A DNA stretch of 64,000 nucleotides, from NCBI GenBank assembly GCA_029858255.1, contig JAOUFJ010000002.1, positions 138,637 to 202,636 on the forward strand, in the 5' to 3' direction. The DNA comes from a candidate division WOR-3 bacterium (GTDB taxonomy: Bacteria > Hydrothermota > Tepidihabitantia > SM23-42). The notes under the pieces are model-generated. The model ran no database searches. It was not told where the DNA came from and worked only from the letters and a program-made list of their open reading frames with translations. The translations under genes and the position numbers were made by a program. Positions 32,354-42,386 of this stretch are shown here, one piece after another. How positions within the stretch are numbered: the stretch's first letter is position 1; every line of letters begins with the position of its first letter.

Positions 32354-33020
32354 ATAGCCTTCCTTCCTTCAACCTGTAAACCTGAGTGCCCACCTTCGCA
32401 ATATCCAACGAATGTGTAACAAGGACGATCGTCCTATCTTCGTCTTTTAGACTGCCAAATACTTCGAGCAGTTTATTCGTATTACCCTCGTCGAGATTGC
32501 CTGTCGGCTCATCAGCGAAGATTATCAGAGGGTCATTGACCATCGCCCTGGCTATTGCCACTCGCTGACGCTCCCCACCGGAGATCTCATCGGGTAGACG
32601 GTGCTGTTTATCTCCGATGTCGAATCTCTCCAGCAAATCGAGTGCTTTTTGATACGCGATCGGCGGCGTAACGCCGTTGACCAATGCCGGTAAAGCGACA
32701 TTTTCCAGACATGAAAATTCGGATAGAAGGTGATGAAACTGAAAGACGAATCCCATCTTTTTATTCCTGACCTGCGATAGACGAATATCATCGTGAGAAG
32801 TGATATCAACAGAATCAAAGACAACGGTCCCGCCGGTCGGCCGGTCAAGACCACTTATTAGATGCAACAAGGTCGATTTGCCGCTCCCCGAAGGGCCGAG
32901 AATCACTACAAAACTGCCTTTCTTGACCTTAAGGTCAACACCATGGAGAACATCGATAGTCTCGTTCTTCAGATAATATGTCTTGCTAAGATCGGAGGTG
33001 TCGAGGATGATATCACTCAT
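32343..33020 (-). CDS. lolD: Lipoprotein-releasing ABC transporter ATPase (LolD-like)
   Basis: GPSGSGKST, GFVFQFHHLL, SGGERQRVAIAR, ADEPTGNLD. Confidence 0.85.
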   Translation of the reverse strand: MSDIILDTSDLSKTYYLKNETIDVLHGVDLKVKKGSFVVILGPSGSGKSTLLHLISGLDRPTGGTVVFDSVDITSHDDIRLSQVRNKKMGFVFQFHHLLSEFSCLENVALPALVNGVTPPIAYQKALDLLERFDIGDKQHRLPDEISGGERQRVAIARAMVNDPLIIFADEPTGNLDEGNTNKLLEVFGSLKDEDRTIVLVTHSLDIAKVGTQVYRLKEGRLYAV

Positions 33021-34209
33021 TACGCAATGCCTCAACGGCGGTGAGTTCGGTCGCTCTTTTTGCCGGGTATATGGTCGAAACAAAACTTATCAAGATCGCT
33101 GCCACTGCAGTTATAATGAAGTCATTCACATCCATTTCCACAGGTAGTGTTTCAATGAAATAGATATCGCCAGGCAAAGAAACCTGATACTTATCAAGAA
33201 TCGTACACGCGAAAAATGCGAACGCCAACCCGAGAGTTGTCCCGATGAGACCGATGATGCTACCATGATATATGAACACCCGCATGATCTGCCGGGCAGT
33301 AAAACCAAACGACCGCATGATTCCTATCTCTTTTGTCTTCTTCTTCACCATATTTATTAGCGTGCCCACAATATTGAAACCAGCAACTATTATGATCAAG
33401 ACCAACACAATAAAAGTAATGATTTTTTCTATCTTCAGTGCGGCAAAAACAGACCGGTTGGATTCAATCCAATCTTGTGCACGGTACGGATAGCCAAGGT
33501 CGTTCTCAATACGCCGGGAATATTGCGGAGCTCTGTATATATCATCGACCTTCACCGCAACACCGCTTATGCTTTTGCCCATTTCGAATAATGACTGGAC
33601 ATCCTTCAGATCCATGAAAATTAGAGTGGCATTGTAATCATAATAACCAAAATCGAATATACCGTTGAGAATAACTCTTTTCGCCCGAGGCACCAAACCA
33701 AGTTGATCCCCGAAAGGCAAGGCGATAACAAGCGAATCGCCAATACTCACGCCAAGACTATGGGCGAGTTCAACTCCGATGACACAGCCGCCGTCAAGTT
33801 TGAAGGCTCCACTGATCATCTTCTGCCCTATCTCGGTGATATCCGTCTCCAACTTATCATCAACACCCTTTATGACAACCCCGTCAAGGTGTTGCCTGTA
33901 TTTGATGACCGACTTCTGGTACACAAATGGCGCCGAGGCTTGAATAAAATCGTATTTTTCCAATGTTTGCATCACACTGCCATAATCGCGAATGGGTTCG
34001 TTGAAGTATTTGCGAACAATAATGTGCGGTGTTCCGCCAAGTATCCGTCGACGCAGTTCGTTCTGGAAACCGTTCATCATCGAAAGTGTAATCAAGAGCG
34101 CGGCAACACCGACGAAAATCCCGCCGATGGCAATTATCGTAGAGAACGAAAGGAATTTTCTCCTGCGTGACAGCAGGTAACGACGTGCGACAAAGAATTC
34201 AGTGTTCAC
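33013..34209 (-). CDS. Lipoprotein-releasing ABC transporter permease (LolC/E family)
   Basis: ARRYL, GVAALLITLSMMNGFQ, KTKEIGIMRSFG, IYPAKRA. Confidence 0.9.
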   Translation of the reverse strand: MNTEFFVARRYLLSRRRKFLSFSTIIAIGGIFVGVAALLITLSMMNGFQNELRRRILGGTPHIIVRKYFNEPIRDYGSVMQTLEKYDFIQASAPFVYQKSVIKYRQHLDGVVIKGVDDKLETDITEIGQKMISGAFKLDGGCVIGVELAHSLGVSIGDSLVIALPFGDQLGLVPRAKRVILNGIFDFGYYDYNATLIFMDLKDVQSLFEMGKSISGVAVKVDDIYRAPQYSRRIENDLGYPYRAQDWIESNRSVFAALKIEKIITFIVLVLIIIVAGFNIVGTLINMVKKKTKEIGIMRSFGFTARQIMRVFIYHGSIIGLIGTTLGLAFAFFACTILDKYQVSLPGDIYFIETLPVEMDVNDFIITAVAAILISFVSTIYPAKRATELTAVEALRNE

Positions 34210-34297
34210 TAAACACGAGGCCCGAAGGGCAATCTAAGGCAATTGACGGTTATATGACATGAACACGTAGAAAACATGATGGGGCGTTTGAAGGCAA

Positions 34298-35737
34298 TCA
34301 AGGATTATCCGTGGTTTCCTTCCGCAATTGCGGAAAGAGTATGACATCGCGGATCGATGGAAGGTTGAGGAGAACCATGCACAGACGGTCAATACCGATA
34401 CCAATACCGCCCGTCGGTGGCATACCATGTTCGAGGGCACGAATGAAGTCCTCATCGATCTGCCGAATACCATCTTCATGGTGCGCAATTTGAGCCTCGA
34501 AACGTATTCGCTGCTCCATTGGGTCATTCAGTTCGGAAAACGCGTTGGCAATCTCCACCCCGAACATAATGAATTCAAATCGTTCGACAAGACGCTCATC
34601 AGTGCGATGCGTCTTGGCAAGGGGCGATATCATCTTAGGATAGTCGATCACGAAAGTGGGCTCCATGAGCTCTTTCTGCACCAGTTCACCGAAGAGTTTG
34701 TCGATCTTCGAACCAAGCGAGAGTTTTTTGCAGTCTATACCGTGGCGCTCGCATTGCCTGTCAATTTCGGAGTCTTGCACATCAAGCACATCTATCCCCA
34801 ATTTGCTTTTCAGGGCTTCAGTGTATTTCACTCTCCTGAATGGCCGTCGAAATTCGATCTCCCTCTCCAGGAATTTCAACCTATTTTCATTACTTCTCTG
34901 TTTTACAAGGAACTCCATTAAATGTTCAACCAATTCCATTATGTCATTATAGTCTGAATATGCCTGGTACAATTCGAGCATTGTGAATTCGGGATTATGC
35001 ATGCGGTCTATACCTTCGTTACGGAAATCACGACACACTTCGTAGACTTTTTCTAGGCCTCCGACGATCAACCTTTTTAAGTATAATTCATCCGCGATCC
35101 GCAGGAACATATCCTGTTCAAGGGCATTGTAGTATGTCTTGAAAGGATTAGCCGCCGCACCCCCGTATATCGATTGAAGCACCGGCGTCTCGACTTCCAT
35201 AAACCCGCGTTCGTCCAGGAAAGTGCGCATCAAAGATATCAATTGAGTTCTTTTCCTGAAACTATCCCTGACTTCGGGATTAGCGATCAGATCAAGATAA
35301 CGCTGGCGATAGCGGATCTCGATATCCTTCAGGCCATGCCATTTTTCTGGTAATGGACGCAAAGCCTTAGAAAGAAGCACATAGTCGTCGACAAGCACGG
35401 TTATTTCACCCGTCTTCGTTTTGAAAACACTGCCGTTCACCCCGACAAAATCACCAGCATCGAAATACTGAAAAAGTTCGAACTTTTCCGCAAGTTTGTC
35501 CTTTCTGAAATACAACTGTACACGCTCAGATTCATCAGACAGTGTAGCAAAGAGAGTCTTGCCGTGGCCGCGAACTGTAATAATTCGTCCACATGTCCGG
35601 ATCTTCTCTTCAGTTTTACTCAATGTCTCGAACTGCGTTTTTATCTGTTGAAAATTGTGTGAACGGTCGAATTTGTAGGGATATGGATTTACTCCTAATT
35701 CTTTCAATTTATTGAGTTTTTTCAGCCGCTCTTCCAT
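34298..35737 (-). CDS. lysS: Lysine--tRNA ligase (class II)
   Basis: LPEKWHGL, RYRQRYLDL, FRNEG, HNPEFTMLE, GMPPTGGIGIGIDR; leaderless-type start 6 nt after the -10 box. Confidence 0.97.
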   Translation of the reverse strand: MEERLKKLNKLKELGVNPYPYKFDRSHNFQQIKTQFETLSKTEEKIRTCGRIITVRGHGKTLFATLSDESERVQLYFRKDKLAEKFELFQYFDAGDFVGVNGSVFKTKTGEITVLVDDYVLLSKALRPLPEKWHGLKDIEIRYRQRYLDLIANPEVRDSFRKRTQLISLMRTFLDERGFMEVETPVLQSIYGGAAANPFKTYYNALEQDMFLRIADELYLKRLIVGGLEKVYEVCRDFRNEGIDRMHNPEFTMLELYQAYSDYNDIMELVEHLMEFLVKQRSNENRLKFLEREIEFRRPFRRVKYTEALKSKLGIDVLDVQDSEIDRQCERHGIDCKKLSLGSKIDKLFGELVQKELMEPTFVIDYPKMISPLAKTHRTDERLVERFEFIMFGVEIANAFSELNDPMEQRIRFEAQIAHHEDGIRQIDEDFIRALEHGMPPTGGIGIGIDRLCMVLLNLPSIRDVILFPQLRKETTDNP

Positions 35738-35963
35738 CCCAGAATGATACACCAAATCAACCAAAAGTCAATACGAAAACGTTAATTGCGTTACTTTCGT
35801 TAATCTCGTTAATTTCGTTTCTCATCTTCATATCCTCTCATCTTCTTAACTTCTGTGTTTCTCCGTACCACCGTGTCTTCCAGTCTCAGCTTCTCCGTTT
35901 CTCAGTGGCCTTTACGGGACGTACCTTCTCTTGACTACAGAGACGTTATACATACAATTTCCT

Positions 35964-36533
35964 ATGAATAACAATGAAATTCGGCGGAAGATCCTACAGA
36001 TATTATATGAAAGCTTCACAGAACATCCATATAACAGAGTAACTCCAAAGGAATTCAAAGATACACTGAACATTAGTCTGAAGGAATTGCATTTCAACAT
36101 CATCTACCTCGAGGAAAAAGGATACGTCGAATTGTCGAAACCGCTCGAAGGCAGCGTGTTCGTCGGTGCCCGGATCACACCGAGAGGTGTCGACCTTGTC
36201 GAAGATGAATGTGAGTTCAATGTGCACTTTCCGCTGCAACCTACTACCCGGCATGTCTCCACCGACATACTCCGACAGTTCGATGCCCTATCAAAACAGG
36301 CGAGTGAACTTACAGACCTGGGGGATGATTCGAAGGAACTGATAATCGAGGAAATTAGATCAATTCAGGACGAACTCAACAAGAGTGAACCCATCTATTC
36401 GGAAATAAAGAAAAACGTCGACCGCATAAAAGAACGCAATTTCGACACCTGGCAGAAATTGATCGAAATACTCAGGGACCCGGTAATCACAACTATCCTT
36501 AGCCATGCTGCCAGGAACGAACTCGGAATATAA
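35964..36533 (+). CDS. Hypothetical protein with winged-helix-like N-terminus
   Basis: RRKILQILY...YLEEKGYV...ARITPRGVDLVE; promoter TTGACT-16-TACAAT ends 5 nt before the ATG. Confidence 0.7.
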   Translation: MNNNEIRRKILQILYESFTEHPYNRVTPKEFKDTLNISLKELHFNIIYLEEKGYVELSKPLEGSVFVGARITPRGVDLVEDECEFNVHFPLQPTTRHVSTDILRQFDALSKQASELTDLGDDSKELIIEEIRSIQDELNKSEPIYSEIKKNVDRIKERNFDTWQKLIEILRDPVITTILSHAARNELGI

Positions 36534-36569
36534 ACCTTCACGCAATTGCGCGCGAAGTAATCCCACCGT

Positions 36570-37010
36570 CTATATTCTCGCTAGATTCTTCGCCGGCACC
36601 GCATAAAACTCAACTGTATCAGAAAAAGGACCTCTCTGCGGCGTCTCCTGCCTTACCTCGATCCGAACCGGCTCAGCATTTTTAGTCACAAATGTATCAA
36701 TTGATCTTGTCATGGTAACACCCAGGAGGAAGGCACCGAACGCATAGACTAAACTCCTTGGGACACCCAGGAGTCGTGCACTCCTGGGCTTTTGCACGCG
36801 GAGCTGACTCCTGATTTTAGCATAGATATCGGGTGATGGTCTAAACCTAGCCGAGTTCTTGAAGGCAGAAACCGTCGCCTCCACATGTCTCATTTCAGCG
36901 TGACATTTCTGACAGGTCGCGATGTGTTCATTCACCTGTATCTGGAGTTCTGCGGGCAATTCTTCAAGAACATTATCAAGCATATATTTACTAATCTCTG
37001 TGCATTTCAT
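36570..37010 (-). CDS. zf-HC2 anti-sigma factor
   Basis: C...HIATCQKC motif, one TM; directly downstream of the ECF sigma. Confidence 0.85.
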   Translation of the reverse strand: MKCTEISKYMLDNVLEELPAELQIQVNEHIATCQKCHAEMRHVEATVSAFKNSARFRPSPDIYAKIRSQLRVQKPRSARLLGVPRSLVYAFGAFLLGVTMTRSIDTFVTKNAEPVRIEVRQETPQRGPFSDTVEFYAVPAKNLARI

Positions 37011-37078
37011 ACTGTTCTCCTATCCTGATTTTGTCGAAGGACTTGATACCCTGACAGACCTTATCATCGAAAATATCT

Positions 37079-37603
37079 TTACTTCTCAATCAAACTCCTC
37101 AACTTTTTCAAACCATTATGCATCCTTGATTTCACCGTTCCTACTGGGCAGCACAAAACCTCAGCTATATCGTTATAAGTCATGTGCTCGTAAAACTTCA
37201 AAACAACCACAATCCTTTGATATTCGGGCAGCGTATCAAGAAATTTCTGAACCCTCAGTTCCTCGGTGAAATCATGGCCCGGGTTCGACACAAAATTATG
37301 CAGCTGCTGCTCAAAACATTTCGATTCAGTTTTCTTCTTTCTAAAGTAACTGTAGCAACAGTTGGTCGCGACACGATATAACCATGCTTTGAGATTTCCC
37401 CGCTCATCGAGGTCCGAATGGGCCAGTTTGGTAAAAGTCTGCACAAGGATGTCCTCCGCATAATACCAGTCTCCTATTAATCGAACGCAATAGTTGAAAA
37501 GGCTTCCGCTCAATCGCCCATAAAGATCTTCGAAAGCCTTCTCATCGCCCTTTTTAAACTTCTTATACAGTTCAAAGAGAACCGAACCGGAGTAACCGAT
37601 CAC
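37079..37603 (-). CDS. ECF sigma-70 factor
   Basis: GDEKAFEDLY, AEDI, WLYRVATN, DIAEVLCCPVGTVKSRMH. Confidence 0.92.
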   Translation of the reverse strand: MIGYSGSVLFELYKKFKKGDEKAFEDLYGRLSGSLFNYCVRLIGDWYYAEDILVQTFTKLAHSDLDERGNLKAWLYRVATNCCYSYFRKKKTESKCFEQQLHNFVSNPGHDFTEELRVQKFLDTLPEYQRIVVVLKFYEHMTYNDIAEVLCCPVGTVKSRMHNGLKKLRSLIEK

Positions 37604-39738
37604 TCCTCCTGGTATTTCCGTATCAAATCAGTCAATTCCTTGTCTTCCGGATTATCCCTCAAGAGATTAGCCAGAAGCGCCACAGCCTTTCCACTCATAT
37701 CATTGTCATGATACATCCGCGCCACTTCCTTTGTCAACTTCGTGTCTCCTGCTTCAAGTCGTAATAACCTTTCGAGCACATCAGCAGCCATATCTTTCTT
37801 ACCCATTTTGAAATACATCTTTGCTTCGTTATAATAAAAAGTCGGCTCTTCACCGAACCGACGTGCAAACTCCAGCATTTCGATCGCTTCTGAGTATCTT
37901 CCTGAATCTTCCAGAGCAGCTGCAAGTTGATATGCTATCGCGGCATAGTTTTTTATCATATTCCGCAGATTAATATCAACGGAATCGATCGACCTGGAAA
38001 ACAACCTCTCAAATTTGAATTCTTCGAGCAAGAGACGTTTCGTGCGAACAACGTCGATGTCAGATTCAATTAATTCATACACCAAACCTGACAATTTAAG
38101 CGGATATCCATATTTTTCAGGCTGGTACAGGGTTGTCGAGAAAACGACTGGTCTAACTTTCTGCATCAAGAGAGCATGCATCAATTGATCGGAAATGGTT
38201 ACCATGCTGCCGTTTTCTCTCTTATGCTCGATCCTATCCAACTCCTCGTCAGACATAGCGAGAGGTAACCCTACTAGTATCAGGTAGCGCGCGTAATCTC
38301 TAATATTCAAAAGACTACGGTTCACGATGATGACATCATTACGGATACCCTTCTCCTGTAAATACCACGCAGGGTATGTGTCGTAGTCACCGTTAGTGAT
38401 GAGAATCGCATTCTGTGGTGCAGAATTCAGCATGTTCTCGTTGAATTCAAGCAAGATGTCGAAATCTGTATCATCACGGAAATGGAGTTTTACTTCCCTC
38501 TCCCAGGTATTGTTGATCTTCACGTAGGATTCCCGGCCATTCCATGCCGCTGAAAACAGCATGGGCCAACTATAGTCTCGATACAATACGACAAAATTAG
38601 CAGCAACTTCATGGACATTTGCGCTTTCATATAGATCAAAGTGATGCAGTTCAAAAACCGCCGGTTCAATTGCGGTCAGCATTGCTGACCTCATCGACAC
38701 TAGCCCATCACCAGAAACCTCCTCAGCAAGATTGCCATCGAAGCTCCTCTGACCACGCAGAGACACAAAGTTCTTATTCTCTGTGGGGTCATCATAATAA
38801 TGGAACCCTGGCAGATTTCTTCTCTCCTGCACACGGGCAATAAATTCTGAGCCGGGTACTAATGCCCGAGCATTATCACCCATTCCATCTATGAAGAAAA
38901 ACCGGAAAGGACTGTTTCCTTCAAGTGCATATTCCAGATCAGCAAAATTTGACCCAGCGAAGGGCGTGCCGATCGCAATGACTGCGGATGAAATGTCTTT
39001 CTGATAATACGAGGTATCGGTCAGATAGCGATGTGTGACTAGACCACCGATCCCGAAGCTGACGACGTCCATACGGAATTGTCCATATTCATCGTGCAGC
39101 CTCTTGAGCTCGTCATGCAAGAACCTGGCATTATCCTCAATGGTTTGCTTGTGATTGTAACGGAATACCCAGACCGGCAGAGTATATCCATTCTGTTTCA
39201 GAGTTTTCTTGAAATTCTCAATGTAGTCGCCAACATAAATATCAGCGACGACCAACAAACCCTCTTTGGTTTTCGTGTGCTCAACAATACCGTATTTGTC
39301 AGGGTTCTTTGTCAAAACATATTCACCACCATGCCACAATCGCGCAGTCAGTGTACTGCCTTTGACCTGCGTATTGGCTAATGGAACAAATCCATTGCTG
39401 ACCATTACTCCAAGACCTATATCTCCGTTTCCTGTGTCGAGCACGATTTCGACGGGTTTATCAAATACAAGCGTCTCAGGCTCAATGACATAGGACTCCC
39501 CTAAGAAAACAAAACCCTGTGCACGAACCCGTTTTCCGAACACATGTTTCCCGAACCTTATCAGCGTTGAATCAGTTACGCTATTTGGCGGGATCTCAAA
39601 CCTTGCTCCATTCACTTCAACAACAGCACCCTGATTTGTTACAATCTTCTCGACGTATGTTTTTTCGACATATCCAGGTGAACAACCAAGAACGCAGACA
39701 ATGATGCCAAAAATCAAGTATTCGATTGTTCTTTGCAT
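37600..39738 (-). CDS. Multidomain lipoprotein (ZU5-like + alpha/beta-hydrolase-like + DUF2723-C-like + TPR)
   Basis: Lipobox VLGC; AGGAGG RBS; VVSFGIGGLV and IGTPFAGS; NGDYDTYPAWYLQ..GIRNDV; C-terminal TPRs. Confidence 0.7.
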   Translation of the reverse strand: MQRTIEYLIFGIIVCVLGCSPGYVEKTYVEKIVTNQGAVVEVNGARFEIPPNSVTDSTLIRFGKHVFGKRVRAQGFVFLGESYVIEPETLVFDKPVEIVLDTGNGDIGLGVMVSNGFVPLANTQVKGSTLTARLWHGGEYVLTKNPDKYGIVEHTKTKEGLLVVADIYVGDYIENFKKTLKQNGYTLPVWVFRYNHKQTIEDNARFLHDELKRLHDEYGQFRMDVVSFGIGGLVTHRYLTDTSYYQKDISSAVIAIGTPFAGSNFADLEYALEGNSPFRFFFIDGMGDNARALVPGSEFIARVQERRNLPGFHYYDDPTENKNFVSLRGQRSFDGNLAEEVSGDGLVSMRSAMLTAIEPAVFELHHFDLYESANVHEVAANFVVLYRDYSWPMLFSAAWNGRESYVKINNTWEREVKLHFRDDTDFDILLEFNENMLNSAPQNAILITNGDYDTYPAWYLQEKGIRNDVIIVNRSLLNIRDYARYLILVGLPLAMSDEELDRIEHKRENGSMVTISDQLMHALLMQKVRPVVFSTTLYQPEKYGYPLKLSGLVYELIESDIDVVRTKRLLLEEFKFERLFSRSIDSVDINLRNMIKNYAAIAYQLAAALEDSGRYSEAIEMLEFARRFGEEPTFYYNEAKMYFKMGKKDMAADVLERLLRLEAGDTKLTKEVARMYHDNDMSGKAVALLANLLRDNPEDKELTDLIRKYQEE

Positions 39739-39791
39739 GCTACCTCCTATAATAACAACTCGCTCGGAGGCAAAAAGGTTCAAATTTTGAG

Positions 39792-40130
39792 TTATTCGCT
39801 ATTGAGCCTGCGCAGATCCGTTTCACTGAATCCAAAATAGTGACCAATCTCATGGATGAGCACCTCATGCACCCATTCCTTTATCTCTTCATCGGTTCGG
39901 CTTATGCGCTCGATATTTCTCTTGAAAAGGGTTATGCGGTCAGGCAAAACGTTCCCATACCAGATGCCGCGGTGCTTGAATGGCACACCTTGATAAAGAC
40001 CCAGCAAACTGTCTTGTTCTATGGGCTCTTCTTCAACAACAACTTGAATATTGCTTATTTTCTTACGGAATATTGGAGGTAAACCATCAAGTGCTTCACG
40101 CACCAGTTCAGCAAATCTCTCGCGCTCCAT
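39792..40130 (-). CDS. Zincin-like metallopeptidase (Zincin_1 family)
   Basis: LLGLYQGVP, PDRITLF, HEIGHYFG. Confidence 0.9.
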   Translation of the reverse strand: MERERFAELVREALDGLPPIFRKKISNIQVVVEEEPIEQDSLLGLYQGVPFKHRGIWYGNVLPDRITLFKRNIERISRTDEEIKEWVHEVLIHEIGHYFGFSETDLRRLNSE

Positions 40131-40842
40131 AATAGGGACAGGCTACTTTTTTTTAGGCCTCCCCCTGGGCCTGATCGTTATCTCTATCCCCAATTCCCTG
40201 CATACTTCGGCACGCCATTCTTCATCACCATAAGGTCCTTGTCGCCGAATGCATGTCCTTAATTGCTCAAGCTCAATTCCCGGCAGTGGCTCGTCGACCA
40301 ACTCTCCCCAATTTTCAGGCAAATGCACTGGCAATTCATCTGTTAGGACACACTTCTCACCCGCAATTCTAAACGAATGGGAAGACCATCGCCAGTCCGC
40401 CGCTGTTGTAACCAAACCTGCTCTCACGGGATTCCCTTCAACATATCTGACCAGATTTATCAGATGCTCATCCTGTTTCGCAATGAAACTCTTGAAGCGG
40501 CCCTGCCAAACATGTCCGCACGTACGATAGTGACCATGATAACGCCGAACATGGCTTGTCATAAACCACTGCATCCATCTACTGAGATCTTCTCCCCTCT
40601 CGGGCATGACGACGAAGTGGAAGTGATTTGGCATTACGCAATAAGCAAAAATAGATATCGGTATCCTTGTCTTAGCTTCCTCCGCCAAGTACAAAAAAGC
40701 ATCGTAGTCTTTCTCTTTGTGAAATACTTGTTGTTTTCCATTACCTCGATTCAGAACATGGTAAACGAATCCATCGGCAAGACCTCTTGCGATGCGGGGC
40801 ATGATTCTGAAGGCCTTAAAAAAAGTAGCCTGTCCCTATTAT
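40129..40842 (-). mobile_element. Y1 (HUH) transposase element bounded by 32-bp inverted repeats
   Basis: IR 40129-40160 ATAATAGGGACAGGCTACTTTTTTTTAGGCCT matches the reverse complement of 40811-40842 at 31/32 positions. Confidence 0.8.
40143..40802 (-). CDS. IS200-like / REP-associated tyrosine transposase (Y1_Tnp, RAYT-like)
   Basis: YHVLNRGN, YCVMPNHFH (HUH), GHVWQGRFKS, YVEGNPVRAG, WRWSS, RPRGRP. Confidence 0.93.
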   Translation of the reverse strand: MPRIARGLADGFVYHVLNRGNGKQQVFHKEKDYDAFLYLAEEAKTRIPISIFAYCVMPNHFHFVVMPERGEDLSRWMQWFMTSHVRRYHGHYRTCGHVWQGRFKSFIAKQDEHLINLVRYVEGNPVRAGLVTTAADWRWSSHSFRIAGEKCVLTDELPVHLPENWGELVDEPLPGIELEQLRTCIRRQGPYGDEEWRAEVCRELGIEITIRPRGRPKKK

Positions 40843-41913
40843 CGTTCGGGCAATATTGATCGCTGTTTTCTTTTTCCCGATACGCCGCAGATTCACGCGC
40901 ATTTGGTCCATCTGCTGCTTATCAGCCAACAACTCTCCCATGACCTGACTGGCATTTTCTTTATCTATCACACGCGCGGCGCCGTGCTTTACAAAGAAAT
41001 CTTCGTTCTTGTCCTCAAGCCCGGCGATCGAGTTGGCAAATAGAAGTACTGGTGCTGCCTGGGAAGCTTCAGTGCTCGTGATACCACCGGCCTTGGTTAT
41101 CAAGATATCAGTCGTCCCGATCAAATCATATATACGTTCGACCATACCCAGAACCTTTAAATTTGATTTGCTCTTCAGTTTACTAATCTTGTCAGCGACT
41201 TCCTTGTTATCACCACACAATACCAGTAGATCGTAATCGAAATCTACCAGTTCACGCGTTACTTCGAACCATTCGCCGCCAAACACGCGACTGCCCATTA
41301 TTGTTGCCGAAATCCTATCGCGGGAGAGGCCGAATCTCTTACGCGCAGCATTCTTGTCGATCCCGGCTTCAAGCTCAAGGCCGATTGGGATGCCATAAGG
41401 AAACACCTGTTCTCTCCCGGCACCGTATGCTACGATTTGATCAACCAGATTTTCATGAGGGATAAAGTAGTGGTCCATTTCTTTGTTCACCCAATGAGGA
41501 TGAACGTAATAATCAGTAACTACAATACCCATTCTGTATCCAAAATCCTTCTTGAAAAGAGCCGAAAAATAGCCCGGCGAGAAATGCGTGGACAGTACAT
41601 AATCCGGTTGATATTCTTTGAGCAATAAAGAGAACCTGCCGGCCAGGATTTTGTGGTAGTCGTACATGAATTGTGAAGAACCAGACTCTACCCCCACCCC
41701 CCCGTAAAAGAATTTTATCAAACCTAGTGCATTCTTCTGCGCAAAATCATATATCTTCTTGTATGCTTTTCCGTAAAGGGGGTACACCCAATCAAAGCAA
41801 TTTTCAAACCTTATTGTAGTGTGTGGGGCGATCTCTTGAAGTGCCTGCATTATTGCCTTTGCCGCCTTCATGTGACCAGCCCCGATTGGAACTGCCAAGA
41901 CCAATACCTTCAT
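40816..41913 (-). CDS. MGDG synthase / UgtP-like glycosyltransferase (GT28)
   Basis: GAGHMKAA, STHF, VVTDYYVHPHW, GIPI, ITKAGGIT. Confidence 0.88.
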   Translation of the reverse strand: MKVLVLAVPIGAGHMKAAKAIMQALQEIAPHTTIRFENCFDWVYPLYGKAYKKIYDFAQKNALGLIKFFYGGVGVESGSSQFMYDYHKILAGRFSLLLKEYQPDYVLSTHFSPGYFSALFKKDFGYRMGIVVTDYYVHPHWVNKEMDHYFIPHENLVDQIVAYGAGREQVFPYGIPIGLELEAGIDKNAARKRFGLSRDRISATIMGSRVFGGEWFEVTRELVDFDYDLLVLCGDNKEVADKISKLKSKSNLKVLGMVERIYDLIGTTDILITKAGGITSTEASQAAPVLLFANSIAGLEDKNEDFFVKHGAARVIDKENASQVMGELLADKQQMDQMRVNLRRIGKKKTAINIARTIIGTGYFF

Positions 41914-41981
41914 ACAGATCCCATTATATTCAAACGCCTTGACTTTGCAAGTGTGATATTTATACTAGCCATGAGGTGCTT

Positions 41982-42386
41982 ATGAAAAAAGTTCTGTTGT
42001 TTGCAATCATTCTAATATCCATCGTCGTCATAGGCTGCACAGAAGAAGAAGAAATTCCGTTCATTTGTCATCTGTACGGCTATATACGAGACAATGATAC
42101 ACAACTGGGCGTTGACGGCATGATAATCCAGATAGTCGAGCTGATCAATCCGTACGATATAAACAGCAATAGAATTCGTTACGACACAACAATGACGCAG
42201 GATTCAATCCCTGGTTTCTTTGAAATGGACAGCGTATGCTACGGTACAAACAAGAGACAGGGAACGGGCATGGTTATCATCGGAATTGACAGCACACTGA
42301 ATCCTGGCTGGTTACAAGGTAGCTATCCGATCGATGTTACAGGTTCAGTAGATACTGTGTATGTATATATCCTGCGTGCGAACTAG
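41982..42386 (+). CDS. Hypothetical lipoprotein
   Basis: MKK signal peptide with lipobox VVIGC. Confidence 0.7.
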   Translation: MKKVLLFAIILISIVVIGCTEEEEIPFICHLYGYIRDNDTQLGVDGMIIQIVELINPYDINSNRIRYDTTMTQDSIPGFFEMDSVCYGTNKRQGTGMVIIGIDSTLNPGWLQGSYPIDVTGSVDTVYVYILRAN

